A stretch of DNA of 64,000 nt from Eledone cirrhosa (GCA_964016885.1 OZ024744.1:49352001-49416000), one strand, 5' to 3'. Shown: positions 37,815 through 51,867, numbered from the stretch's first letter. The notes: generated by a model from the letters alone, not told the origin. Made by a program: numbers and translations.

Positions 37815-38400
37815 GGTGGCTGCTAACTCGTTTTATAACCATGTAGGAGAACCCCTACCGATGCGCTGAACGAGTGTGACTTTTTAGTCCAGTCAGCGAC
37901 TTGAAAACTCTGGTACAAACACTACACTTGTGACAATTATTGACACATAGTGCTGGGCCCATGGTACCATGTGACGACAAGTGCAGAGAGATCTCCAGAT
38001 ATAAAGGAATGCCTGTGCCGTGAAGCTTTTATAGTGAGCAAAGGCACTGCACAAAGCCAGTCCCACTCTCTTAACCAAGATGATATTTACCAAAAAGAAG
38101 AACAAGTCAACATCATTGGATACCATCAGGGTTGCAGGTGTTATATCAGAGTTTTCCTTCTAGAATTCTGCCTTGACAAAGGGTAAGGGGTCATCTCTCC
38201 CGGTGATTTTGGATGGCCATTGACTCTGAAGAACTCCTTTGCCCTTTGACAGGTTTTGTTTTTAGTCCTGCAGGATGTCCAAAGTGACCCTCCTCCCCAA
38301 GAAACCTTGGTGGGGTTGCCAGTTTAGTCGCCAATGACCCGACCATGGGACAGATTGTACTGGAATACATGTTACCAGTAGCACCACCTGGTGACCTGAC
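37815..38400. repeat. Unclassified interspersed repeat, longest copy
   Basis: See the 30683 and 36223 copies. Confidence 0.85.
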
Positions 38401-38421
38401 ATACATACATACATACATACA

Positions 38422-38457
<36 letters not shown>

Positions 38458-38461
38458 TATA

Positions 38462-41400
38462 CATCACCGTCCTTGCTGTCACTAACACACATTCACAAAA
38501 CAAGCCCCCTGCAACAGTCAAAGCCAGCCACCACACTAGCCTCCACATTCTTACTCAATACACAAGGTATCAGCCCATCCATCAATGCACAGAAATGGAA
38601 GATCCAATTCATTGAGGATTGGGTTGGTAACCATCCATTTCACATCTCGTTCTTCATTCTTACTGAGACCCACCTTAACAACTCCCACTTGGAGGCCGAA
38701 GTAAGAGTGAGAAATTTCACAACTATCCGTGCGGATCGTGTTGGCAGAAGGTAGGGTGGAACTGCCATTTTCCTGCATGATTCCTTTACAGCAGATGGCA
38801 ACACAACATTCTCTAATGGATACTGTGAATCAGTCACCTTGCACAATAAAACCAATGAACTGAAATTAGTTGGGCTCTATAGGCCTCCACAAACACCCAT
38901 AATCTGTTTCAAAGAATGCCTCAACAGTATTAAATGCTTTATCAAACAGTGCCACTCTAGCAACATACTTTTGATGGGAGACTTTAATCTACCCTGTGTC
39001 GATTGGTCTACATGTAGTTTGAAACCAGGCTCCACAGCCTCAACCACTGACAAAGAGGCTGTCGAGTCACTTCTTAACTTCACGAATGAGTTTTTCTTGT
39101 CACAACTTGTCCTTGCACCAACGAGGCATCAGAAGAACATTCTGGATCTAGTGTTTAGTAACCACACTAACACTATACATAATATTACAGTGGAAAAAAC
39201 CCTTCTCTCAGACCATGACATGATTCTTTGTAACCTGAGATTCCACCAGCCGAAAGCTAATCCTAGGGACCTCTTTCTAGCCCACCCATTTGATAACATG
39301 GATCTCCACAATGCCAACTGGGATGCAGTTATAAACGAACTATCACATGTCGACTGGTCTTTTACACACTCACACACTTCCACCAACATCAAAACATCTT
39401 GGCAGATCTTTATAGACACTGTCACAAATATATGTACAAAACACACCCCACCAAAACCTGTGAACAAAACCAAGTGCAGTATCCCCCAAAACAGAAAAAC
39501 AATTATCAGAAAAATAAAAAGAACAAACAAAAAAATTAACACACTAAAATACTGCCAACAGCAACACACACATTCAATGGCTATCACCCTGCTTGAGTAA
39601 AAAAAATATAACCTCCAACAATGCATGATGACCATCATCAATAACCAGAGAATAGCTGAAGAGAGGTGGGCCATTGAGAAAATCAAACTCAACCCCAAAG
39701 TGTTCTTCTCATTCGCTAAAAAATACAAGGTCACCGTTTCCACTGTTGGCCCCCTAGTTGATGAAAATGGCACACTCCAGGACAATGCCAAAACCATGGG
39801 CGAGATACTGCAGAAACAATACTGCTCTGTTTTCAGCAATCCTGATATGGCTGATCTGGGCCGTATCAGTGATGTTAACCCCCAACACACTATATCAGAC
39901 ATAATGTCTGGCGCCCCTGATGCCTTAGTGGAAATAAACGAAATTAAACACAATTCAGCAGTAGGCCCCGACAGGTTCCCTGCTTGTGTCCTGAAGGTGT
40001 GTCGACACCAACTTGCATCTGCTGTTGCTAATCTGTGAAGGAACTCACTGGATACTGGCTATATTCCTGAAAACTTTCTGTCCCAGTCTTCAAAAGGGGA
40101 AATAAGTCCCTTGCAGTGAACTACCGTCCGATCACACTCACCTCTCATATCACCAAGGCATTTGAGAGGGTGGTGAGATCACGAATAACCCACTTTCTTG
40201 AAAGCAACGGCCTGCTGAACTCCAACCAACATGGGTTCCGTAATGGAAGGGACTGCCTAACACAGCTCCTGCATCACTTTGACGATGTTTTGAGAGCCTT
40301 GGGAGAGGGCTCCAACACTGATGTCATCTACCTTGATTTCAGCAAGGCCTTTGACAGGGTTGAGCATAAGATTCTACTGAAAAAACTATCCAATGTTGGT
40401 GTCTCTGGAAGGTTACTACAGTGGATCAAATGTTTCCTGACAGGCAGAACCCAACATGTTTTAGTCGAAGGAGTAGAATCAAGCCCTGCCAAAGTCCGCA
40501 GTGGCATCCCACAAGGCACTGTGTTGGGCCCACTTCTTTTCATCATCTACATTAATGACATTACTGACATCATCAAACACAGTAACATCAGACTCTTCGC
40601 AGATGATTCCAAGCTCCAAAGGGTCATCAATGAGGTGGGTGACCGGACTTGCCTTCAATCAGACCTATTGGCTTTTATCCAATGGGCAGAGATGAATAAT
40701 ATGCTGTTGGATGAGGATAAATTTGAACTAATCCACTTTGGAAAAAAGGATGCTCTGAAACTACCATACTCCCTTCCTTCGGGTGAAACTCTGGTGGCTT
40801 CCAATAACATTAGAGACCTGGGAGTAATTGTGGACAACAATATAAGCTGGGCCACTCATATAAACAGCAAAGTTGATATGGCCTGCAGAATGTGTTCCTG
40901 GATTCTCAGAACTTTCCAGTCGAGAGATATCCACACTGTTGTCCTTCTCTTCTCCACTTTTGCCCGACCCCACCTTGAATACTGTTGTCCACTGTGGTCA
41001 CCCCACACGAAACAAAGTATCATGAAAGTTGAAGCACCCCAAAGGTCAATTACAAAAAAGATAGTTGGCATGACAGGCCTTGACTATTGGGGTCGATTAG
41101 AAAAGCTCAAACTTTATTCTCTCCAGCGTCGCTGTGAGCGCTACATTATCTGTATGATGTGGTAAATATTCCATCAGCTTAGCCCAAAAGTTGGCATCAT
41201 CTTTAGTGTACACGCAAGGCTTGGGCCCCGTGCTATCCACCCACGACAAAAATCTCACTCGCATCTCATAACAACAATACGGCACAATTATTTCACGTCA
41301 ATTGGCCCTGCACTTTTTAACATTACACCAAAACACATCAAAGCAGAGACAGACCCCATCAAGTTCAAGAAGTCTTTGGACAAATTCCTTCAAGAAATCC

Positions 41401-41575
41401 CGGATAAGCCGGATATGCCTCCGTAAACACCCGGATATGCCTCCGTAAACAATAACTCTCTGCTCGAGTGGGCCAAGGTACCCAAACACTGATTTGTAAG
41501 ACTTCACCAGGTGGTGCTATTAAGTTAGACATGGCCTGGGCCAATACTGGCCGAAACCTATCAAAGTATCAAAGT
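38462..41575 (+). mobile_element. CR1-clade LINE ORF2 region, disrupted
   Basis: APE (LTETHL, YRPP, GDFN, LDL, SDH); RT (YRPITLTS, QHGF, DFSKAFD, PQGTVLGP, FADD, RPHLEYC); (TATCAAAG)2 tail. Confidence 0.92.
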
Positions 41576-41577
41576 AT

Positions 41578-41649
<72 letters not shown>

Positions 41650-41711
41650 GAAAATAGTTAGACATGGCCTGGGCCAATACTGGCCGAAACCTATCAAAGT
41701 ATCAAAGTATA

Positions 41712-43423
41712 TCATCATCATCATCATCAACGTTTAACGTCCGTGTTCCACGCTTGCATGGGCTTGGACGAGGGTAGTCCCACTTGAGGCAAGAGTGATT
41801 TTCTTGCTCGCATTGGACTGTCTGGCAGGTTTTCTACAGTTGGATGCCCTTCCTAACACCAACCACATTTACAGTGTGGGTCTGGGAGGTTTTTACCGTG
41901 TTGCCTACACGGCCACATTACAGCGTGGACTGTGTGTTTTTTTGTCGTGACACCTACACGATCTCATTTGTTTCGGCCTGGATGGCGCGGCACCAACATA
42001 ACTTTACATAGAACGGGGTGGTGTGGATGGGGTGGGGGTTGTGGTGGTGGGACGTGGTGTATTTTGTTAGAGATGCCTACTGGCAAGGCGGGTCTTCTCT
42101 ATTACTGAGTACCGCCAAAGGTCTCGGTCCAGTGACATTGTCTTGGTGAGGTGTAAGTGTGTGAGGTCGGTGTTTATCAGCTCGTCCCAGGTTTTTCTGC
42201 GTCTGCCTATTCCGTGGCTACCGTCTATCTTTATTGCCCTGCACTTTGTTATACAGCTATCATCCTTCATGCGCATCATGTGACCATACCAACGTAGCCT
42301 TCTCTCTAGTAAACAACATCTGATCCCTCTTATTTCTAATTTTTTCCTTAGTTCGTTTATGCTTTGTCGTTCACGTATATTACTATTACACATCCAGCGG
42401 AGCATGCAAGCTTCGTTTCTCTCTAGTCTGCGTATATCCTCTGCACACAATGCCCAGGTCTCACTGCCATGCAACATTGCTGTTCGTATGCAGGCATCGT
42501 ACAGCCTGCCTTTCATTTTTAGGGAGAACCCTTTAGCGGCTAATAGTGGTATAAGCTCTCTGAACTTTTTCCACCCAGTTCTGACTCTAGCTACTGTACT
42601 TTCAGAGCACCCTCCCCCACTGCTGATTTTGTCACCCAGGTAACGGAAGCTGTCCACTATTTCTATAGAACCCTCTGCGCAGTTGAAAGAGCTAGTATTT
42701 TGTGGGCACTTGCTGCTACTTATATCCCCAGAACACCGGCCACATGTAAAATCTATGTTCTTAGTTAGCTTACCTGTGATCCCACTACATCTTTTATGCA
42801 CCCAAACTTTGCATTTGGGACACAAAATGGAATTTCTACCTACGCCTTTCCTACACTCTGCGCATGGCCACTTCCCGGAGGGGACCGCCGCCTTATTTTC
42901 TTTCTTACAAACTAGAACTTTAGTCTTAGCTAGGTTAATTTTAAGGCCTTTTGATTCTAGGCCGTGCTTCCATGTTTGGAATTTCTTCTCTAGCTCGGCC
43001 ATTGATTCAGCTATGAGCGTTAGATCATCTGCGTATAGGAGTTCCCATGGGCAGCCGGTCTTGAACTCCACTGTTATAGCCTGGAGGGCAATAATAAATA
43101 GTAGGGGGCTAAGAACAGAGCCCTGATGAACACCAACTTTTACACTAAACTCTTCACTATATTCGTTGTTAATTCTAACCTTGCTAACTGTTTCTTTATA
43201 CATGGCTTGTATAGCTCTCACAAGCCATTCATCAACACCTAGTTTTCTGAGAGCCCACCAGATAATGGAACGGGGGACTCTGTCGAAGGCCTTCTCCAAG
43301 TCAACGAAAGCTAAGTATAGGGGTTTACTTTTAGCTAGGTACTTCTCCTGTAGTTGTCGTACAATGAAAAGAGCGTCTGTGGTACTTTTTCCTGACACAA
43401 ACCCGAACTGCATTTCATCTAGA
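41712..43423 (-). mobile_element. 5'-truncated RTE LINE with open 448-aa RT frame
   Basis: ORF 42067-43413: DLEKAFD, HQGSVLSP, YADD; (GAT)n tail. Confidence 0.93.
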
Positions 43424-43424
43424 T

Positions 43425-43494
<70 letters not shown>

Positions 43495-43569
43495 ATATAT
43501 ATATATATATATAATATATATATATATATATAGAAATAGAAAATAGAATAGCTTTCACCGTATTTTTGA

Positions 43570-46434
43570 CTAACTTCAGAAAACGTGACAATCACCTGAT
43601 CACCTATAGATCCGGGGAACACACAAGCCAGGTAGATTATATCCTTACCAGAAGACGTGACAGAGTGTCTGTTGTAAACACTAAATCCCTCCCCCATGAA
43701 GAATGCACCTCCCAACATAGACTGATAATTAACGACCTCATAGTCAGGACGAGACGTACTCGACAGCAGAAGAGGACTATCCTCAGGAGAAAAATATGGA
43801 AGCTAAAGGACCCCACAGCCAGAAATAAATTTCAATGCATATTACTTGATGCTTTCGACAGTAAGGAAGAGCATTTAGAGTCGGACAATATAGAGGGACA
43901 GTGGGAATTTCTGAAAGCAAACCTGCTGATGGCGACAGACGAAGTCTGTGGCTGGAGCAGGCCTGTAGGCAGGAGGAGAGTAACATGGTGGTGGAACAGT
44001 AAGGTGGAGGGGTCAATTAAGGCCAAAAAGCAGGCTTGGAAAGTATGGCGGGATGGGGGAAGTAGAGAAGACTATCAAGTGGCCAGGAGGGTAGCTAGCA
44101 TACAAGTGTACTTCGCAAGAAGGGAAGCAGAGGAAAGAAAGTTCAAGCATGTTCTACAACGCGAGGACCAAAAACGGGAGGTGTTCAGGATTGCGAGGCA
44201 ATGCGTCAAGGAAAACCGTGATATTGTCGAGGAGAAGTGTGTACTTAATGATGACGGCGTACTTGCCATCACCGACGCTGATAAGAAGGTAGCTTGGAAG
44301 TGTCACTATGAAAGGCTACTAAATGAGGAGAATAAATGGGAGAAAGACAGTCTCCCCCACATCGACCCAATAGAGGGACCAGCAGTGTTAGTCAAGGGGA
44401 GTATAATAAGTAAGGCAATCAAGGATATGAAGACGGGTAAGGCGGCTGGGCCTTCGGAAATAGTTGCTGAGATGCTGAAGGCATCTGGCACGGTGGGACA
44501 CACCATGGTCACCCGCATAGTTAACCAAGTCGTACAGAATGGGGTTGTTCCGAAGGACTGGCATAGCAGCATCATCGTTAACTGTTATAAAGGTAAAGGA
44601 GATGCCCTAGATAGGAGTAACTATAGAGGCATTAAATTAATCGACCAGGTCATGAAGGTCACGGAAAAAGTAATAGCGCAACTAATCAGAGAGAGAATTG
44701 ACCTAGATGAAATGCAGTTCGGGTTTGTGTCAGGCAAAAGTACCACAGACGCTCTTTTCATTGTATGACAACTACAGGAGAAGTACCTAGCTAAAGGTAA
44801 ACCCTTCTACTTAGCTTTTGTCGACTTGGAGAAAGCCTTCGACAGAGTCCCCCGTTCTATTATCTGGTGGGCTCTTAGAAAACTAGGGGTTGACGAATGG
44901 CTTGTGAGAGCTATACAAGCCATGTATAAAGAAACAGTCAGCAAGGTTAGAATTAACAACGAATATAGTGAAGAGTTTAGCGTAAAAGTTGGCATCCATC
45001 AGGGCTCGGTTCTCAGCCCCTACTATTTATTATTGCCCTTCAGGCTATAACAGAGGAGTTCAAGACCGGCTGCCCATGGGAACTCCTATACGCAGACGAC
45101 CTGACACTCATAGCTGAATCAATGGCCGAGCTAGAGAAGAAATTCCAAACATGGAAGCACGGCCTAGAATCAAAAGGACTTAAAATTAACCTGGCTAAGA
45201 CTAAAGTTCTAGTTTGTAGGAAAGAAAATAAGGCAGCGGTCCCTTCTGGGAAATGGCCATGCTCAGTGTGTAGGAAAGGCATAGGTAGAAACTCCATTTT
45301 ATGTCCCAAATGCAAAGTATGGGTGCATAAAAGATGTAGTGGGATCACAGGTAAGCTAACTAAGAACATAGATTTTACATGTGGCCGGTGCTCTGGTGCA
45401 ATAAGTAGCAGCAAGTGCCCACAAATACTAGCTCTTTCAATTGCGCAGAGGGTTCTATAGAAATAGTGGACAGATTCCGTTACCTGGGCGATAAAATCAG
45501 CAGTGGGGGAGGGTGCTCTGAAAGTACAGTAGCTAGAGTCAGAACTGGTTGGAAAAAGTTCAGAGAGCTTATACCACTATTAGCTGCTAAAGGGTTCTCC
45601 CTAAAAATGAAAGCAGGTTGTATGATGCCTGCATACGAACAGAAATGTTGCATGGCAGTGAGACCTGGGCATTGTGTGCAGAGGATATACGCAGACTAGA
45701 GAGGAACGAAGCTTGCATGCTCCGCTGGATGTGTAACAGTAATATACGTGAACGGCAAAGCATAAACGAACTAAGGAAAAAATTAGAAATAAGAGGGATC
45801 AGATGTTGTTTACTCGAGAGAAGGCTACGTTGGTATGGACATGTGATGCGCATGAAAGTCGATAGCTGTATAACAAAGTGCAGGGTAATAAAGATAGACG
45901 GTAGCCACGGAATAGGCAGACCTAGAAAAACCTGGGACGAGCTGATAAACTCCGACCTCACACACTTACACCTCTCCAAGACAATGTCACTGGACCGAGA
46001 CCTTTGGCGGTACTCAGTAATAGAGAAGACCCGCCTTACCTAAATACATAGTAAAACCTACTACAGCCAGTAGGCATCTCTAACAAAATACACCCTGTCC
46101 CACCACCCCCACCCCATCCACACCACCCCGTTCTATGTAAAGTTATGTTGGTGCCGCGCCATCCAGGCCGAAACAAATGAGATCGTGTAGGTGTCACGAC
46201 AAAAAAACACACACTCCACGCTGTAATGTGGCCGTGTAGGTAACACGGTAAAAACCTCCCAGACCCACACTGTAAATGTGGTTGGTGTTAGGAAGGGCAT
46301 CCAACTGTAGAAAACCTGCCAGACAGTCCTATGCGAGCAAGACAATCACTCTTGCCTCAAGTGGGACTACCCCCGTCCAAACCCATGCAAGCGTGGAACA
46401 CGGACGTTAAACGTTGATGATGATGATGATGATG

Positions 46435-46435
<1 letters not shown>
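43570..46435 (+). mobile_element. 5'-truncated RTE LINE with stops and frameshifts
   Basis: ORF pieces from 43566 to 46043; (GAT)n tail. Confidence 0.93.
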
Positions 46436-46468
<33 letters not shown>

Positions 46469-46549
46469 AATATATATATAATATATATATATATATTTAT
46501 AATATATATATATATATAATATATATATATATATATAATATTTATATAT

Positions 46550-46593
<44 letters not shown>

Positions 46594-46595
<2 letters not shown>

Positions 46596-46975
46596 AAGTA
46601 AGTATGTTTTGAAACAGTGAGCAGGTTTGAAATTAGAAAATAGAATAGCTTTCACCGTATTTTTTACTAAAGGAATTTTAGCCTGATAATGGGGTTTAGA
46701 ACCCTCAGATAAATGGAAAAAGATGAGTATTGACGTACATGGGAGTCGAACCCACATCTGTGGTTATCGCGACCACTGTGCTACCATTACACCAACACAA
46801 CACATCATCACATGGGTGATGTGTTGGTGTAATGGTAGCACCGTGGTTGCGATAACCACAGATGTGGGTTCGACTCCCATGTACGTCAATACTCATCTTT
46901 TTCCATTTATCTGAGGGTTCTAAACCCCATTATCAGGCTAAAATTCCTTTAGTCAAAAATACGGTGAAAGCTATT
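46594..46975 (-). repeat. About 160-bp-arm foldback (46644-46975) plus 50-bp tail in TA tracts
   Basis: aatagctttcaccg...cggtgaaagctatt arms. Confidence 0.9.
46818..46888 (+). tRNA. tRNA-like cloverleaf (pseudo-tRNA or SINE-head-like); mirror copy at 46731-46806 on minus
   Basis: gatgtgt/gtacgtc acceptor (with G-U pairs), gtgt/gcac D stem, gtggt/accac anticodon stem, gtggg TTCGACT cccat T arm; T5 run just downstream. The anticodon loop lacks U33. Confidence 0.6.
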
Positions 46976-47017
46976 ATATATATATATATATATGTATGTA
47001 TGTAAATATATATATAT

Positions 47018-47371
47018 CATCATTTCATCATCATTTCATTTTACGTCCGCTTTTCCCTGCTTGCAAGGGTGGGACGGGAACTGATTCTGGCTTGATTTCT
47101 ACAGCTGGATGCCCTTCCTAACACCAACCTCATTTACAGTGAGTGCTGGGTGCTTTTTTTCCGTGGCACCTCCACGACCACTTTGCAGTGGAATGGGATG
47201 AGATGATAGGGACTGGGGTCCCTATCATCTCATTTCTACAGCTGAGTAAACTGGAGCAATGTGAAATAAAGTGTCTTGCTCAAGGAAACAACACATCACC
47301 CGGTCTGAGAATTGAACTCACAACCTTTCGATTGCAAGCCCAATGCTCTAACCACTAAGCCATGTGCCTCC
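47018..47371 (-). mobile_element. tRNA-SINE (19568 family)
   Basis: Reverse-complement match to 19568-19912. Confidence 0.88.
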
Positions 47372-47374
47372 TAT

Positions 47375-47549
<175 letters not shown>

Positions 47550-48083
47550 TATATATACATACATTTATGATGGCTGTAAACTCTGCTAAGCGTATTGCAA
47601 TTGCTTGTCAGATTACAGAAAATGGTGCACTTTTAGGCTATGGCCAGTCACACGAACCTGTAACATATCCTGAACAAGCAATCCCAATCCTTGACCATCG
47701 AAAACACTACCGGAAAAGGAGAACTGGTCAACATCATCGGATGCTTCCGAAACCGCAGGGCTTTTTTTCAGAGTGACAACAACTGGGGGCCTTTCACTCC
47801 AAGGTGGGGAAAAAAAGTGTTATTTGGATGGCCGTTGACTCTGCTGAGTTCCTCCACCTTCCGCTGGGTCTTGTATTTCATCCTGTAGGGTGTCCAAATA
47901 TCTCCCTCCCCACCAAGCCAGCTTGGTGGGGTTGCCGGTTTAGTCATTGATGACCTGACCATGACACATGTTGTATTGGGTTACATGTTACCAGTAGCAC
48001 TCGAGTGCAACCTGACACACACATACACACACACATATATATATATACACATATATATATATATATACACATACATATATATA

Positions 48084-48527
48084 TCATCATCATCATCACC
48101 GTTTTACGTCCGTTCTTCCACGCTAGCATGGGTTAAACGGGTTGTCCTGTTGTGGGCAGTGTCCAGTCGGCTGACCTTGTCATTCTCATACAGGAACTGA
48201 TTCTGGCTTGATTTCTACAGCTGGATGCCCTTCCTAACACCAACCTCATTTACAGTGAGTGCTGGGTGCTTTTTTTCCCCGTGGCGACTACACGTCCACT
48301 TTACAGTGTGGGCTGGGTGCTTTTTTGCCGTGGCACCTCCACGACCACTTTGCAGAGGAATGATAGGGATCCTAGTCCTATCATCTCATTTCTACAGCTG
48401 AGTAAACTTGAGCAATGTGAAATAAAGTGTCTTGCTCAAGGAAACAACACATCACCCGGTCTGAGTATTGAATTCACAACCTTTCGATTGCAAGCCCAAT
48501 TCTCTAACCACTAAGCCATGTGGCTTC
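48084..48527 (-). mobile_element. tRNA-SINE, longer variant
   Basis: Same head and centre as the 19568 family, with (GAT)n tail. Confidence 0.85.
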
Positions 48528-48954
48528 ATATATACATATATATATATATATACACACACATATATATATGGCGAAGACATTACAATACAATACAATAGGA
48601 GGGAACATAATAATAGTACCACTGACGATGTTGCAGATGTGCAACGAAAGAACTTCGATAGACTATCTATACATATATATAAAATTGAAATTGTCTGTGT
48701 GTGTGCAAAGTCTATACAAATCCACATTTCTACTCCGATTGACTTCAAACTTGCATTTATATATTCCTTGCGGTCTAAAGATATTAACTGCAACTTTTAT
48801 TTTTCAATTTTCTGTTATTAAAGGGGTATTAGGTGCTGGTTATTGATCTCTCTCTTTTTCTTAGTCTGTCTTTTTAGATAGATACATAGCTATAAGGTTG
48901 AGCCCTTATAATATCTGTCTGTATGTCTGGTTGTCTGCATTACAACATTATGAC

Positions 48955-49138
48955 AAACACGGTTCTCATTGCTGATGTATTATCTTCGCTATTTTCTGTT
49001 CATTGCCAGAGAACGTCTTCATGAAGCAAAGTATCATCTTTCTGTTTTCCTTTGGTTGCAACGTTTTTCGAAATATTTACTTCTGCGTTCACAGATTGAT
49101 TTTTTTAGTTTCAGAAGATCCCGTTACGGGTGAAAGCA
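48955..49138 (+). mobile_element. Diverged Naiad 3'UTR fragment ending inside the HHR-like motif
   Basis: Reverse-complement match to ~52595-52790; ends at cagaagatcccgttacgggtgaaagca. Confidence 0.75.
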
Positions 49139-50199
49139 CATGTAAGCAATGTTAATGTTACTGCTACTACATAGGACTCCCATTACCACCGAACTTTCAC
49201 CTTTTCGTTCTGCATTTCCATCCGCAGGCCAACATGGAATAGTCTTCATAGTAGTCAGTTTATTGAGGGAGAAACAGAAGGGTCTCGAATTTGCCTTCCA
49301 AAAAAACCCATTGATAATAACGAAAACCGCTAACATCAACGCAGAATGATACATTGTGGGTCACTTTAACCCGTCTTTTAGTAATCAAAAAACTTCTTGC
49401 CAATAAACATTAACCCCTTGTGCACCATTAATCTAACTGTAGACCAACAAATACCAACTAAACAGAGCATTGACAAGAACGATGGCGAATGAATCTTTGA
49501 GGTATGCAGTTTCCTCCCGAGCTGTTAGTTCACGCGGGATTCTCTGCTACACCTTTTCGTAATAATACCAAACAACGTACTGCTGGTCACTCCTTCCTCC
49601 AAAAGCCGTACAAAGCGGATATGTGCATCGGGCAGATGAATCGGGTGCAAATCTACACCAAGCCTACGCGAGAAATTCGCAAGGGACTGCACCGAGAGGG
49701 ATAGAGAGAAAGAGTAACTTAGTGTAAAGAGCGAATGAACTTTTGAGGTAAGTTGTCTACACCTTACTGCTATGACACTGGAACCTTCTGCCAACTTAAC
49801 CTGTGTCTTTCTCTTTCACATTTACCCCAATAGGCCAAAACAGAGGAGTATGAAAAGAAGGGACTCAACAATATTTCTATGAACAATGCACGTAGACAGC
49901 TAAACTGTACTTTCAACTTCTTAATTTTCTCCAAATAAAACATGTTTCCTGTCGGTATATTTTTGTGAGTTTTTAACAGGCACTCACAAATAAACGTTTC
50001 TCATTGAAGGTGCTATTACCAATGTTCTTACCCATGCAATGCCGGGATACACTGCTAGTATATATATATTTATATCTGTATTTTTAACGGTTGGTCAATC
50101 AATGATAAACATTGATTGCCAAATAAATTAACTATGGAGATATAAAAGATACAGAAGCGAAAACCAACCAAACAGTGAGTGTGTTCTGTTATCATCTTG

Positions 50200-51540
50200 T
50201 TTTTAACAAAAAACAAATCCTCCATTCCCATTATGCCAAACCCATGACTTCCAAATACCTGATCCACCAAAACTCAGCTGTTTCAGATCACACCAAAATC
50301 AACATACTGATTGCGGATTTAGTAAGGTTGATGAGGAACGTGTCCCACATGTGCAACCCCAAAGAAGTAGAGAGACACATATAACACTTCATCCACCGTA
50401 TGCAGTTCTCTGGTTACAATCAGAGAGATAAAATCAGAGTGTATAGAGGAGCCAGAACCAAATGGGAAAAAAATGATAAATAATGATACAAATGGGACCT
50501 GCCCCTTGTATAGGAGCAAATTTTGGAATAGAATAGAAAGAACTACGAATAAGGTTAATAAAATAAACTCATGGTATGATAGCAATAAATACCAGAGTGT
50601 AATGTTCATCAATACAACCCCTAGAGATGAACTAGCTTACAAATTTAGACGGGCCCTAGATAAACTTAAACTAAATATTGAGATAGTGGAAAGACCAGGT
50701 AGCTCCATAAAAACACTTATTAGTAATACGTACCCTTTTCAAAGACCTCCTTGTATAGATAAGAAATGCATAATCTGTAAACTAAGGCCCCATATTAACT
50801 GTAAAACTAGAAACATAGTATATAGCATAAGATGTACTGAGGGACAATGTAAAGATAAGAATATAATGTACATAGGTGAGACAGCTCGTAGCATAGGAGA
50901 ACAATTAAATGAACACTGGCGAGAACTCCAAGATAGAAAAGACTCATCAGTAGTCCACCGAAATGCTAAAATAGAACATAAGGGAAAATTAGAGAACATA
51001 GAAATAAAAATAAAATCTACACACAGAAAAGATGCAATGTTTAGACAAATCACAGAGGCAATAAACATAAATGAACTCCAACCAAAATTAAATAGAAAAT
51101 ATGAATGGAATAGCAACATCACAACTTACAATTAAGGACAAAATGAAAACACACACACATAGAACAAACAACTAACTAGTAACATGTAAATAAACAAATA
51201 AATAAACAAATAAAAACACACACAGAGACCCGGATGTAACACATGCGCAAACTAAGCACACAACAGACACAAAAACAAGATGGCGTAGGACAGAACAAAG
51301 GAGAGGCACAAAAAACAAAGAAAAGAATCCCCAGTCACTGAAGAGGTCACATAATGTGTGACGAAAGAACTTTGACAATATATGAACAACCAACCGGAAA
51401 TTTATAATAAATTGAAGTGAAAGCAACTGGTGCGTGTGTTTCTTATTGGCAACATGACCCTCCCAAAGTATAACAATATCGGTTTCAACACACGTTTTCA
51501 GATAAGGAATCTTGGTAAACAAAATCAGAAACGAAATATG
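50200..51540 (+). mobile_element. Penelope-like element 3' portion (RT thumb, Cys linker, GIY-YIG, HHR, tail)
   Basis: CIDKKCIIC...NCKTRNIVYSIRC...YIGETARS...EH...RQITEAINI...PKLNRK; disrupted upstream. Confidence 0.88.
51334..51376 (+). ncRNA. Minimal hammerhead motif in PLE 3'UTR
   Basis: gtca CTGAAGA g gtcaca taatg tgtgac GAAA gaac TT tgac. Confidence 0.72.
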
Positions 51541-51781
51541 TATACATATATATACATAGATATATACACACACACACACATATAGATATATATATACACA
51601 CACATATAGATATATATATACACACACACACATATAGATATATATATACACACACACACATATAGATATATATATATACACACACACACACATAGATATA
51701 TATATATACACACACACACACATAGATATATATACACACACACACACATATATATACACACACACACACATATATATATAT

Positions 51782-51812
<31 letters not shown>

Positions 51813-51867
51813 CACACACACACATACACACACACACACATATATACACACACACACACACATATAT

